A stretch of DNA of 64,000 nucleotides from Melioribacter roseus. GTDB taxonomy: Bacteria; Bacteroidota; Ignavibacteria; Ignavibacteriales; Melioribacteraceae. The stretch's first letter is position 1, and every line of letters starts with the position of its first letter. The position numbers were made by a program, and so were the translations under genes. This document shows positions 37,533 to 46,211 of this stretch, piece by piece. The stretch lies in NCBI GenBank assembly GCA_020724265.1, contig DYHH01000001.1, forward strand, positions 4,674 through 68,673, written 5' to 3'. A model generated the notes under the pieces. The model worked only from the letters and a program-made list of their open reading frames with translations, made no database searches and was not told the origin of the DNA.

Positions 37533-38904
37533 TATCCTTATTATTATATTATTTTTTGCCATTGTTCCGCTAATTGGTTTTTTAGTCCCGCGTTCACAAC
37601 AAAAAAATGAAGAAGACTATTTACTATCGGGGCGTAAAGTTGGTCTTTTCTTATTTGTTACAACAACCGTAAGTACATGGTACGGAGGTATTTTAGGAGT
37701 TGGTGAGTTTTCTTATCGTTACGGATTAGTTAGCTGGTTTACACAAGGTTTACCATATTATATTTTTGCAATTCTCTTCGCAATATTTTTTGCTAAGAAA
37801 GTTAGATCGGCATCTCTATTTACAATTCCCGAGAAATTAGAACAGACATATGGCAAACAAGTCGGTTTAATCTCTGCTCTAATAATATTCTTTTTAATTT
37901 CTCCGGCACCTTATCTTCTAATGATAGGTAGTTTAATTTCACTTCTCTTTGATATTCACTTTGGATATGGAATGGTAATCGGTTTTATCATCTCGTCAAT
38001 CTATTTATTAAAGGGTGGATTCAAAGCAAATCTTTGGGTTGATGTTTTTCAATTCTTCGTAATGTTCATCGGGTTTATTTTGATTGTCTTTATTGCCGCA
38101 GATAATTTCGGTACAATTGAATTTTTGAAGAAGGAAATTCCGGAATCACATTTCGATTTAACCGGCGGATTTTCGCCCATTTATTTGATTGTATGGTTTT
38201 TAATTGCATTATGGACATTCGCCGATCCCGGCTTTCATCAAAGATGTTATTCTGCAAAAACAGGAAGCACTGCAATGTGGGGAATAATAATTTCAGTTAT
38301 TATTTGGATCGGTTTTGATTTCCTTACAACAACAACGGGATTATACTCGCGTGCGGTTTTGCATGGTATCGACAACCCGGTTTTGGCTTATCCATTACTT
38401 GCAGAAGTAATTCTATCTCCCGGTTTGAAAGGAATATATTATGCAGCACTTTTTGCAACCATCTTTTCAACATTGAACAGCTTTTTATTTTTGAGTGCAA
38501 CAACATTAAGCAAAGATTTTGCTACTAAAATTCTTCCATATAATATTTCATCGGTTCGATATACACAAATCGGAATACTGCTTTCCGGTATGATTGGGAT
38601 AATTATTGCATTAATTATTCCGTCGGTAATTGAACTGTGGTATACAATAGGCAGTTTATTAATTCCCGCAATAATATTATTGATTATCGGAAGTTACTAC
38701 AGTAAATATGAAGTCAACAATTCTATAGCTAAATACGAAATGATTTTTGCAGTAATTTGCGGTCTATTTTGGATGATTCTGCGTGATAATTTATTACTTA
38801 CAAATCTGCTAATGGAAATTGAACCGATGATTGTTGGTTTGGCTGCAGCAGTGATAATTCATATCTACGGAATTTGGGAAAAACAGAAAGAGATGAACTT
38901 ATAA
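37510..38904 (+). CDS. Sodium:solute symporter (SSS) family transporter; substrate unknown, in the thiamine operon
   Basis: About 12-13 TM helices. SSS-type N-terminus (EDYLLSGRKVGLFLFVTTTVSTWYGGILGVGEFSY). Overlaps the TPK gene by 23 nt. Confidence 0.8.
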   Translation: MISLDFLDILIIILFFAIVPLIGFLVPRSQQKNEEDYLLSGRKVGLFLFVTTTVSTWYGGILGVGEFSYRYGLVSWFTQGLPYYIFAILFAIFFAKKVRSASLFTIPEKLEQTYGKQVGLISALIIFFLISPAPYLLMIGSLISLLFDIHFGYGMVIGFIISSIYLLKGGFKANLWVDVFQFFVMFIGFILIVFIAADNFGTIEFLKKEIPESHFDLTGGFSPIYLIVWFLIALWTFADPGFHQRCYSAKTGSTAMWGIIISVIIWIGFDFLTTTTGLYSRAVLHGIDNPVLAYPLLAEVILSPGLKGIYYAALFATIFSTLNSFLFLSATTLSKDFATKILPYNISSVRYTQIGILLSGMIGIIIALIIPSVIELWYTIGSLLIPAIILLIIGSYYSKYEVNNSIAKYEMIFAVICGLFWMILRDNLLLTNLLMEIEPMIVGLAAAVIIHIYGIWEKQKEMNL

Positions 38905-38910
38905 ATGCAG

Positions 38911-38931
38911 CCGCAGACTTAAAGTCTGCGG
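38911..38931. terminator. Perfect 9-bp hairpin between convergent genes (possible bidirectional terminator)
   Basis: CCGCAGACT-TAA-AGTCTGCGG lies between the + strand stop (38904) and the - strand stop (38963). There is no clear T-tract on either side. Confidence 0.45.
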
Positions 38932-38962
38932 TTACAAAATAAATAATCATGCTCGATACTAC

Positions 38963-39508
38963 TTACGGCAATAAAATAGCTGCTGAAAGTACCGTAGTCC
39001 ACAAACCATGTTTATCACCGCGTGCTGATTGTGTTATGTTAAACGTTTGCACGATTTTCTGTGACATTTTAAATACTTGTTCTTTTTCGTTCCAAGCTTC
39101 ATCGGGATTAAAATCAATACCCAGAGTTGTAGCTAACATAGAAGCTGCAAGGTCTTCGGCATAGTCACCGGCTGCATGTCCTGTCTGACCATATGGATGA
39201 TGTTCTGATAAATAACCGTACATTGTTTTATCTGTTGGTCTAGCGACCCCAATTGATGAAGCAATAAGTCTGTTCGGTTCGTTTGTAGCGTTACGTGCCA
39301 TTACACAGTGAACAATTTGTCCGGGCTGCAATTCTTCTAATCCTCTTTCCACCGGGATCCTTTTGCAACCGGTAGGAAAAATACTGCTGACTGTAACTAA
39401 ATTGTACTTTTCGATTTGAGCGTCTCTTAAAGCAGACTCAAATGAAGCAAGATATTCTTTGTGTTTCCCCACACCTTTTGTAAAAAATATTCTTTTCGGT
39501 ACGTACAA
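38963..39508 (-). CDS. pdaD: Pyruvoyl-dependent arginine decarboxylase
   Basis: PdaD family pattern [39 protein letters not shown], with the Ser-Ser self-cleavage site in TVSSIFP. About 180 aa. Confidence 0.88.
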   Translation of the reverse strand: MYVPKRIFFTKGVGKHKEYLASFESALRDAQIEKYNLVTVSSIFPTGCKRIPVERGLEELQPGQIVHCVMARNATNEPNRLIASSIGVARPTDKTMYGYLSEHHPYGQTGHAAGDYAEDLAASMLATTLGIDFNPDEAWNEKEQVFKMSQKIVQTFNITQSARGDKHGLWTTVLSAAILLP

Positions 39509-39523
39509 TTTACTCCTCCTTCT

Positions 39524-40750
39524 TTATTTGGCTATTAATTTAATGAATTTTCTTTTTCCTACCTTAAATATTTTTTCACCGTCAAAAATAATTTCTTCGG
39601 TGATATCGGTAATTTTATTACCGTTAATCGAAACACCTCCTTGTTGAACTAATCTTCTTGCTTCACCTTTTGATGGAGCAAATTGTACATCTACAATTAG
39701 ATCAATGATATTCATTTTTGATGATTTAGAGAATTCTTTTTCCGGGATTTCATCCGGTACATCTTTTTTTATAAATATTTTATCAAATTCATCTTGTGCT
39801 TTATTTGCTGCTTCTTCCGAATGATACATAGTAACAAGTCTTTTTGCTAAAGTTCTTTTAATATCTCGCGGGTTTGAACTGTTATCTTCCAGAGATATTT
39901 TTATCTCAGCCAATTCCTCAACCGAAACATCTGTAGTTAGCTCGTAATATGTATAGATAAGATTATCCGGGATTGACAAAGTTCTTCCGAAGATTTCCTG
40001 AGGAGAATCATCTATACCGATATAATTATCGTATGATTTACTCATCTTTTCTACACCATCAGTCCCTACTAATAACGGCATTGTTAAAATTACTTGCGGT
40101 TCTAAACCATATTCTTTTTGAATATCTCTGCCCACCAGCAAATTAAATTTCTGATCGGTACCGCCTAACTCAACATCACTTTCAATAGCAACAGAATCAT
40201 AGGCTTGTGCAAGCGGGTATAAAATTTCATGCATGCTTATCGGTATTCCGGTCTTATATCTCTTAGTAAAATCATCTCTTTCGAGCATGCGTGCAACGGT
40301 ATAATGAGAAGATAGTTTAATTACATCTTCAAATTTCATTTTCCCGAGCCAGTCAGAATTGTAAACAATTTTTGTTTTCTTCGGGTCAAGTATTTTCGAA
40401 GCTTGCTCCCAATATGATTTTGCATTTTCACGTGCTTCTTCAAAGGTGAGAGGGGGTCGTGTGGCATTTCTACCCGAAGGATCACCAATCATTCCGGTAA
40501 AATCACCAATAATTAGAATTGCTTGATGACCTAATTGCTGAAATTGAGTTAATTTTCTCAAGACAACTGAATGACCGAGATGTAAATCCGGACGTGTGGG
40601 ATCACACCCTAATTTGATATTCAGCGGTTTGTTTTGTTTTTCGGCTTTTTTAAGTTTTTCAATAAGCTCATTTTCCGGAATGATTTCAGAAGTGCCTCGT
40701 TTAATTATCTCTAATTGTTTCTCGATTGGTGGAAAGTTATTAGTGCTCAA
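39524..40750 (-). CDS. tyrS: Tyrosyl-tRNA synthetase
   Basis: HIGH motif (DLHLGHSV), KMSKS motif and a C-terminal S4 RNA-binding domain ([18 protein letters not shown]). Confidence 0.93.
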   Translation of the reverse strand: MSTNNFPPIEKQLEIIKRGTSEIIPENELIEKLKKAEKQNKPLNIKLGCDPTRPDLHLGHSVVLRKLTQFQQLGHQAILIIGDFTGMIGDPSGRNATRPPLTFEEARENAKSYWEQASKILDPKKTKIVYNSDWLGKMKFEDVIKLSSHYTVARMLERDDFTKRYKTGIPISMHEILYPLAQAYDSVAIESDVELGGTDQKFNLLVGRDIQKEYGLEPQVILTMPLLVGTDGVEKMSKSYDNYIGIDDSPQEIFGRTLSIPDNLIYTYYELTTDVSVEELAEIKISLEDNSSNPRDIKRTLAKRLVTMYHSEEAANKAQDEFDKIFIKKDVPDEIPEKEFSKSSKMNIIDLIVDVQFAPSKGEARRLVQQGGVSINGNKITDITEEIIFDGEKIFKVGKRKFIKLIAK

Positions 40751-40762
40751 TATTATGCTCCG

Positions 40763-41221
40763 TTAATATTTTATTTTTCGTTCAAGTTCCCTTGCTGCAT
40801 CTTTCTTGGCAATATCTTCACGTTTATCGTAAACTTTCTTTCCTTTAGCTATTGCTAATTCCACTTTTACGATTCCTCCTTTAAAGTAAAAACGAAGGGG
40901 GATTAAAGTATTACCTTTTTCTTGAGTTGCTTTAACTAATCTTCTTATTTCACTTTTATTTACTAAAAGTTTTCTCTTTCTTAACGGATCATGATTGTTA
41001 ATATTACCATGATCATAAACATTTATATGAGAATTGACAAGCCAAACTTCTCCATTAATAACCTGTGCGTATGAATCTGCTAAGTTAATTTTCCCCTGTC
41101 GAAGGGATTTAACTTCAGTTCCTTGCAAAACAATCCCGGCTTCAAAAGATTGAAGAATGGTAAACTCATGACGAGCTTTTCTATTTACAACGATATTTTT
41201 TTCAGTCGGTTTTTCAGACAT
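40763..41221 (-). CDS. smpB: SsrA-binding protein
   Basis: NRKARHEF.I....AGIVL.GTEVKSLR.GK.NL.DSYA...NGE.WL.N.HI..Y and a basic C-terminal tail. 152 aa. Confidence 0.93.
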   Translation of the reverse strand: MSEKPTEKNIVVNRKARHEFTILQSFEAGIVLQGTEVKSLRQGKINLADSYAQVINGEVWLVNSHINVYDHGNINNHDPLRKRKLLVNKSEIRRLVKATQEKGNTLIPLRFYFKGGIVKVELAIAKGKKVYDKREDIAKKDAARELERKIKY

Positions 41222-41353
41222 TTTACATGAAAATAAAATTCAACTTGCTAAAATACAATTAATGATAAAATAATGTGCGTATTTTCTTAATTGAGGCAAC
41301 AAATAAATAAAAACATTATCTTTTATCCAAAATTTTTGTTTTAAAAGGAATTT

Positions 41354-43186
41354 ATGAAAAAGATTATTTCGCAAGCAATTCTACTTATTTTGTTACCAAT
41401 TATTTTATCCGCACAAGATTTTTCAATAACCAAAATTGAACCGCCAAATTGGTGGACCGGATTAAAAAGAGATACTCTTCAATTAATGGTGTACGGTAGT
41501 AACTTGAATCAAGTTAATGTTTCTTCTACAGATGGTTTGAAAATACTGCAGATTCATCACCTCGAAAATCACAGTTATCTTTTTGTTGATATCTTAGTTG
41601 ATAAGTACACAAAAGCATCAACTTACGATTTGGTTTTCGTAAAAGACATTGACACACTGAGATACAGTTACAAAATAAAAGAAAGAGAATTTGCTCCGGA
41701 AGATCATATAGGATTTTCAAACGAAGACGTTGTATACTTAATTTTTGTTGATCGATTTAATAACGGTGATCCTTCAAACGATACATTAGCAAACTCGATA
41801 GATGAATTCAAATACAGAGATTTGAACGGCAGGCACGGCGGTGATTTGCAAGGTGTTATAGATAAATTGGATTATTTAAGTGACCTTGGTATTACTGCTA
41901 TATGGTTGACACCCACTTTAGAAAACAATATGTATATGAGCTATCACGGTTATGCCGCAACCGATTTATATAATATTGATGAACGGTTCGGCTCTAACGA
42001 TTTGTATAAGGAATTGGTTAAGCTGGCGAAAGAAAAAGGAATAAAAATTATTTATGATCATGTTGCTAATCATGCCGGAGTAAATCATCCTTGGGTTGAA
42101 AACTTACCGACTGAAGATTGGATAAACGGAAAAGTAGGCGATCATCTTTCTGCTAATCATGATAAGATCTCCATAGTAGATATTTACAGTAATGAAAAAT
42201 CACAAAGCTATAACGAGAAGGGTTGGTTTACTAATTATATGATTGATCTGAATCAAGAGAATAAATTTCTTGCTAATTATCTTATTCAAAATACATTGTG
42301 GTGGATTGAATATGCCGGGATAGACGGCATACGAGAAGATACATATCCATACGCTAATCAAAAGTTTATGTCCGGTTGGGCAAAAGCAATTCTTGATGAA
42401 TATCCGAATTTCAATATAGTTGGCGAAGTGTGGACCGGCGAGCCTGCATTTCTTGCCGGGTTCCAAAAAAACTCTAAAGTTAGAGTTGACTTTGAAACTA
42501 ACTTACCTTCCTTAATTGACTTTGGAATGCGGGACGCATTTTACAAATACCTGAGCGGTGAAAGAGGTATTTATGAATTTTATAGTACTTTAGCAAAAGA
42601 TTATTTATATGCTGATCCTAATAATCTTATGCCTTTTATTGATAATCACGATGTTGACAGAGGAATGTATTCGGCAAACGGGGATGTTGAAAAATTCAAA
42701 ATTGCCCTTACGATTTTATTTACTACGCGTGGAATTCCTCAAATATTTTATGGCACGGAAATCGGTATTAATGAAGGTGGGCATCACGGAAGAATAAGAA
42801 AGCCGTTTCCCGGCGGCTTTCCCGGCGATCAAAGAAATGCTTTTTCGGAAGAGGGAAGAACTAATACAGAAAATGATATTTTTAATCATGTAAAGAAATT
42901 AATTCAATTAAGAAAAAATTATCCGGCTCTTTCATCGGGAAATCTACTTCACTTTAAACCGGAAAATGATACTTATGTTTTCTTTAAAGAGAGTAAATTT
43001 CATAAACTTATGATTGTAATAAATAATAATGATGCAGATTATGAAGTTGATCTAAGTAGAATGAAAAATGAGATTGACCACTCCAAAGAAGTATTGGAAT
43101 TGTTATCAAATCAATATATAGAATTTACGGAACAAGGGAATCTTAATCTTCCCCCAAAAACAGCAAAAATTTATTTGTTAAATTAG
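41354..43186 (+). CDS. Secreted GH13 alpha-amylase-family enzyme with cyclomaltodextrinase-type N-domain
   Basis: Signal peptide. N-domain ITKIEPPNWWTGL...LQLMVYGSNL. GH13 regions DHVANH, GIDGIREDT (nucleophile), VGEVW (acid/base), FIDNHD. Confidence 0.9.
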   Translation: MKKIISQAILLILLPIILSAQDFSITKIEPPNWWTGLKRDTLQLMVYGSNLNQVNVSSTDGLKILQIHHLENHSYLFVDILVDKYTKASTYDLVFVKDIDTLRYSYKIKEREFAPEDHIGFSNEDVVYLIFVDRFNNGDPSNDTLANSIDEFKYRDLNGRHGGDLQGVIDKLDYLSDLGITAIWLTPTLENNMYMSYHGYAATDLYNIDERFGSNDLYKELVKLAKEKGIKIIYDHVANHAGVNHPWVENLPTEDWINGKVGDHLSANHDKISIVDIYSNEKSQSYNEKGWFTNYMIDLNQENKFLANYLIQNTLWWIEYAGIDGIREDTYPYANQKFMSGWAKAILDEYPNFNIVGEVWTGEPAFLAGFQKNSKVRVDFETNLPSLIDFGMRDAFYKYLSGERGIYEFYSTLAKDYLYADPNNLMPFIDNHDVDRGMYSANGDVEKFKIALTILFTTRGIPQIFYGTEIGINEGGHHGRIRKPFPGGFPGDQRNAFSEEGRTNTENDIFNHVKKLIQLRKNYPALSSGNLLHFKPENDTYVFFKESKFHKLMIVINNNDADYEVDLSRMKNEIDHSKEVLELLSNQYIEFTEQGNLNLPPKTAKIYLLN

Positions 43187-43210
43187 ATTAACCAATTTAG
43201 TGAGAACACA

Positions 43211-44692
43211 ATGTTAGAAATGCAGAAAAAATTATCAAATGTGTTTTATGCAATTCTCGCGCTGCCGGCAACAGCAATGGGTTTTGCACTCTCGATTCAA
43301 ATTGCAGCACTTAGCTGGATACTCAGTACACAATACGGTTTGGAAATTCACGATGTGGGTCTGGTTTGGGCTGCCGGACCAATTGCCGGTATTCTTGGAC
43401 AAGTTATTATTGGTTTGATTAGCGATAAAGTTTGGTTTTGGAACGGAAGAAGAAGACCATTTATTTTTATCGGTGGATTCTTAGCCGCATTAATGCTCCT
43501 GGCTCTTCCCAATATCGATATTATTTCAACTTCTGTAGGAATCGGAGGGATATTAGGTGTTGCTATTGCGGTAGCTCTTACATTAGACCTTGCAATTAAT
43601 ATTAGTTTTAATCCTACCAGATCAATAATTGCCGATGTAACCCCGGAAGGAGTTGAAAGAACAAAAGGATATGCGTGGATGCAAACGATCTCCGGTACAT
43701 TCGGTGTGATGGCATATGTGATCGGTGCTGTTTGGGATAATTATGTTTTAATTTATTTCGGTGTTGCTTTTATTTTAATATTATCGATTATCCCCCCGTT
43801 TTTTATTGAAGAGCCGCGTGAATTAAATCAATCCGAAGATGATGATCCTTCATACAAAACAAGTGACAACACATCATTCATAGTAATGCTTAACAACATC
43901 AAGCCATTGTGGGGATTTTTAATTTACTCGGTTTATGCTCTTACTGCCAGAATGGTCAATTTCAAAATGGATAATTACTATGTAGAAATTTTATGTTTCG
44001 CGATAACTCTATACTTCATCATAAAAGTAATACTTGCAAAAACAGAAGGTCTATCCAAAAAGCAGCGTGGTATTGTCGGGTTCAAGAAAGTTTTGGCTGC
44101 TCATTCATTTACATGGCTGGGAATACAAACTATGTTTGTATATATGTTTGCTTATGTTCAATATAAAGTTTACGGTTATGTTACGGGTGCAGAGATTGCC
44201 CCGGCTATACAAATAGAAATGGGCAAAGTAGTAGCAATAAGTTTCCTAATACTAAACGCTGTTGGTGCAATTTTGCCGGCATTTGTTTTAGAACCGATTA
44301 CAAGAAAAATCGGTAGAGTAAAAACTCATGCTATTTGTATTTCGATAATGGCGATAGGTTATGCCGGGTTGTTATTCTTTGGATTTACACCGATTATGAT
44401 TTATATTTTGATGGGTGTACTCGGTGTCGGCTGGGCTGCAACAATAAGTTTACCCTTTGCTATTATGTCGCAAAAAGTTGATCAATCGCAGATGGGTTTA
44501 TTTATGGGATTGTTCAATCTTTCTGTTGTGCTTCCACAGCTTGTTGCAAGTTTTGGTGTTGGTCAAGCTGTCAGCGATACTCCCGATAAAAGTTTGATAT
44601 TTATTATTAGTTCCGTAACTCTCGCTATTTCTGCTCTATTATGGTTTATGGTAAAAGAAGATCAAGAACCTGAGACAAGTCAATCAAATTAG
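43211..44692 (+). CDS. MFS transporter, GPH/SLC45 (sugar:cation symporter)-like
   Basis: 12 predicted TM helices and the loop motif LISDKVWFWNGRRRPFIFIG characteristic of GPH/SLC45-type sugar transporters. Adjacent to the GH13 gene. Confidence 0.8.
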   Translation: MLEMQKKLSNVFYAILALPATAMGFALSIQIAALSWILSTQYGLEIHDVGLVWAAGPIAGILGQVIIGLISDKVWFWNGRRRPFIFIGGFLAALMLLALPNIDIISTSVGIGGILGVAIAVALTLDLAINISFNPTRSIIADVTPEGVERTKGYAWMQTISGTFGVMAYVIGAVWDNYVLIYFGVAFILILSIIPPFFIEEPRELNQSEDDDPSYKTSDNTSFIVMLNNIKPLWGFLIYSVYALTARMVNFKMDNYYVEILCFAITLYFIIKVILAKTEGLSKKQRGIVGFKKVLAAHSFTWLGIQTMFVYMFAYVQYKVYGYVTGAEIAPAIQIEMGKVVAISFLILNAVGAILPAFVLEPITRKIGRVKTHAICISIMAIGYAGLLFFGFTPIMIYILMGVLGVGWAATISLPFAIMSQKVDQSQMGLFMGLFNLSVVLPQLVASFGVGQAVSDTPDKSLIFIISSVTLAISALLWFMVKEDQEPETSQSN

Positions 44693-44699
44693 GAGAAGT

Positions 44700-45533
44700 A
44701 TGAAAATGAGAGTCAGCATTTTGTTTTTTATCCTTTTTTCAATAATAACTTTGAATGCACAGGAATTTTTTGTCGATTATCTAAGAATTGAAGGGGAGTT
44801 GACTTCCAAAGATCTATATCGTCCGGATTTTGGAAGATACGATGGTTATCAAATGCCTCTCACAAAGGGAGAGAGAGTTCATTTTATTCTATATTCGAAT
44901 TCTTTTAGTCCGTCGCTTGTTATTGTTACGCCTGATGAAAAAAAATATCAACAGACAACGGCAAGAGGAGATGATTTTGTCACACTCGGTTTTAAAGTGC
45001 CGGTAAGCGGTGAATGGGTTTTATATGTTGTAGCTGATAGTCTTGCACGGGGTGAATATTATTTGCAAACTGCATTTGCAGATTCTGCTTCTCTATTCTT
45101 AAATGAAACCGCAGAATTCTGTACCGGTATGAATTATCTGCTGGCTCATGCAAATGCGTATTATATTTTCCCGCAAACTGTTCCAAGTACAAGAAATGTA
45201 TATAGAATTAATGGTGCGATTGATTCTTTTATTAACGGAGATGATCCATCTTATAATGCTTCGTTTTATGAAGGTGACGATGCAGAGGAAGCAGAATCAA
45301 AATTCAATTTTATTGCTAATAAAATAGTCGAGTGTATTCCTAAAGGATGGAAGAAAAATCAAAGGACTGATAATATAGGGGAAGGCGTAATTGAAAATTC
45401 GATTTTATGGACCGAACAGGTTAAAAGTAATTACCGAATTATTAAATTATCATTAACTGATTTTTCTGCAAATGATTCCGATGCAGATTACCTTGGTAAT
45501 TACAGCGTAGATTTGCTGATAATGAAATACTAA
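44700..45533 (+). CDS. Secreted hypothetical protein with a PPC-like (pre-peptidase C-terminal-type) beta-sandwich segment
   Basis: Signal peptide (ILFFILFSIITLNAQE). The segment GELTSKDL....YDGYQMPLTKGERVHFILYSNSFSPSLVIV...SGEWVLYVVADSLARGEYYLQ resembles PPC-domain spacing. No catalytic motif. Confidence 0.5.
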   Translation: MKMRVSILFFILFSIITLNAQEFFVDYLRIEGELTSKDLYRPDFGRYDGYQMPLTKGERVHFILYSNSFSPSLVIVTPDEKKYQQTTARGDDFVTLGFKVPVSGEWVLYVVADSLARGEYYLQTAFADSASLFLNETAEFCTGMNYLLAHANAYYIFPQTVPSTRNVYRINGAIDSFINGDDPSYNASFYEGDDAEEAESKFNFIANKIVECIPKGWKKNQRTDNIGEGVIENSILWTEQVKSNYRIIKLSLTDFSANDSDADYLGNYSVDLLIMKY

Positions 45534-46192
45534 TCGAAAGAAATTATTTTGGAAACTTCTTTTTTGACTTTATCTGCAATCTTCTCAATAGGTAGCATTC
45601 GGTCTTTTTCGTAACAGTCTATTACTACTGCATTCTTCTGAGTCTGCCCGAATTCCCTATATAGTTTTCTTGCGGTTGTTTGTAATTTAATATCCTTTTC
45701 GTACTTATCAACTTCACCATCAATGTAATCACGCTTACCTTTACCTTCATTATTTATCAATGCCAACTCGAAAGGGAGATCAAAAATTAAGTAGAGATCC
45801 GGTCGAGGCAATTCCAATACCCCGTGTTCCAGTTCTTCAACCCAACCGGCTAAATTATCCGGCTCTCCTGCGCGAATAACTTGATATACCATGTTGGAAA
45901 GAGTGTACCTGTTTAACAACAATATATCCGTATCAGGATTGGTAGCAATAAAATCTTTTCTGTCTTTCCATCTATCCATTGCATACCAAAGCGCCATTGA
46001 TCTTGCATCAATATTATGTTTGATATCTTTACTGCTTAAATGAATTCCTATTTCTTTTCCGAAGAAGGATTCGTAAACAGGGTAAGATCTTACATTGACT
46101 TTATAATTATGTATTATTAAAAAATCTTTAAGCAGGTTTATTTGAGTTGTTTTTCCTGTTCCGTCAATTCCTTCAAAGCTAATTATCTTCAT
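45530..46192 (-). CDS. Thymidylate kinase-like P-loop kinase (archaeal/eukaryotic type)
   Basis: MKIISFEGIDGTGKTTQ P-loop. YP...FGKEIG and AMDRW segments. The DRY-motif position reads NRY (LLLNRYTLSNMVYQ). 220 aa. Confidence 0.7.
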   Translation of the reverse strand: MKIISFEGIDGTGKTTQINLLKDFLIIHNYKVNVRSYPVYESFFGKEIGIHLSSKDIKHNIDARSMALWYAMDRWKDRKDFIATNPDTDILLLNRYTLSNMVYQVIRAGEPDNLAGWVEELEHGVLELPRPDLYLIFDLPFELALINNEGKGKRDYIDGEVDKYEKDIKLQTTARKLYREFGQTQKNAVVIDCYEKDRMLPIEKIADKVKKEVSKIISFD

Positions 46193-46211
46193 CTGTTTAA
46201 TCTGATTTTAT

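Noticed and set aside
38949-39164. A 71-aa + strand ORF after the SSS transporter.
   Set aside because: It is entirely antisense to the well-supported pdaD gene and has no motif support.
41222-41353. A possible tmRNA (ssrA) or other structured RNA next to smpB. Other gaps (47715..47813 and 53807..53875) were also checked for SRP, 6S or RNase P RNAs.
   Set aside because: The gaps are too short (about 70-130 nt) and too AT-rich, with no GC-rich helices or conserved RNA motifs visible.
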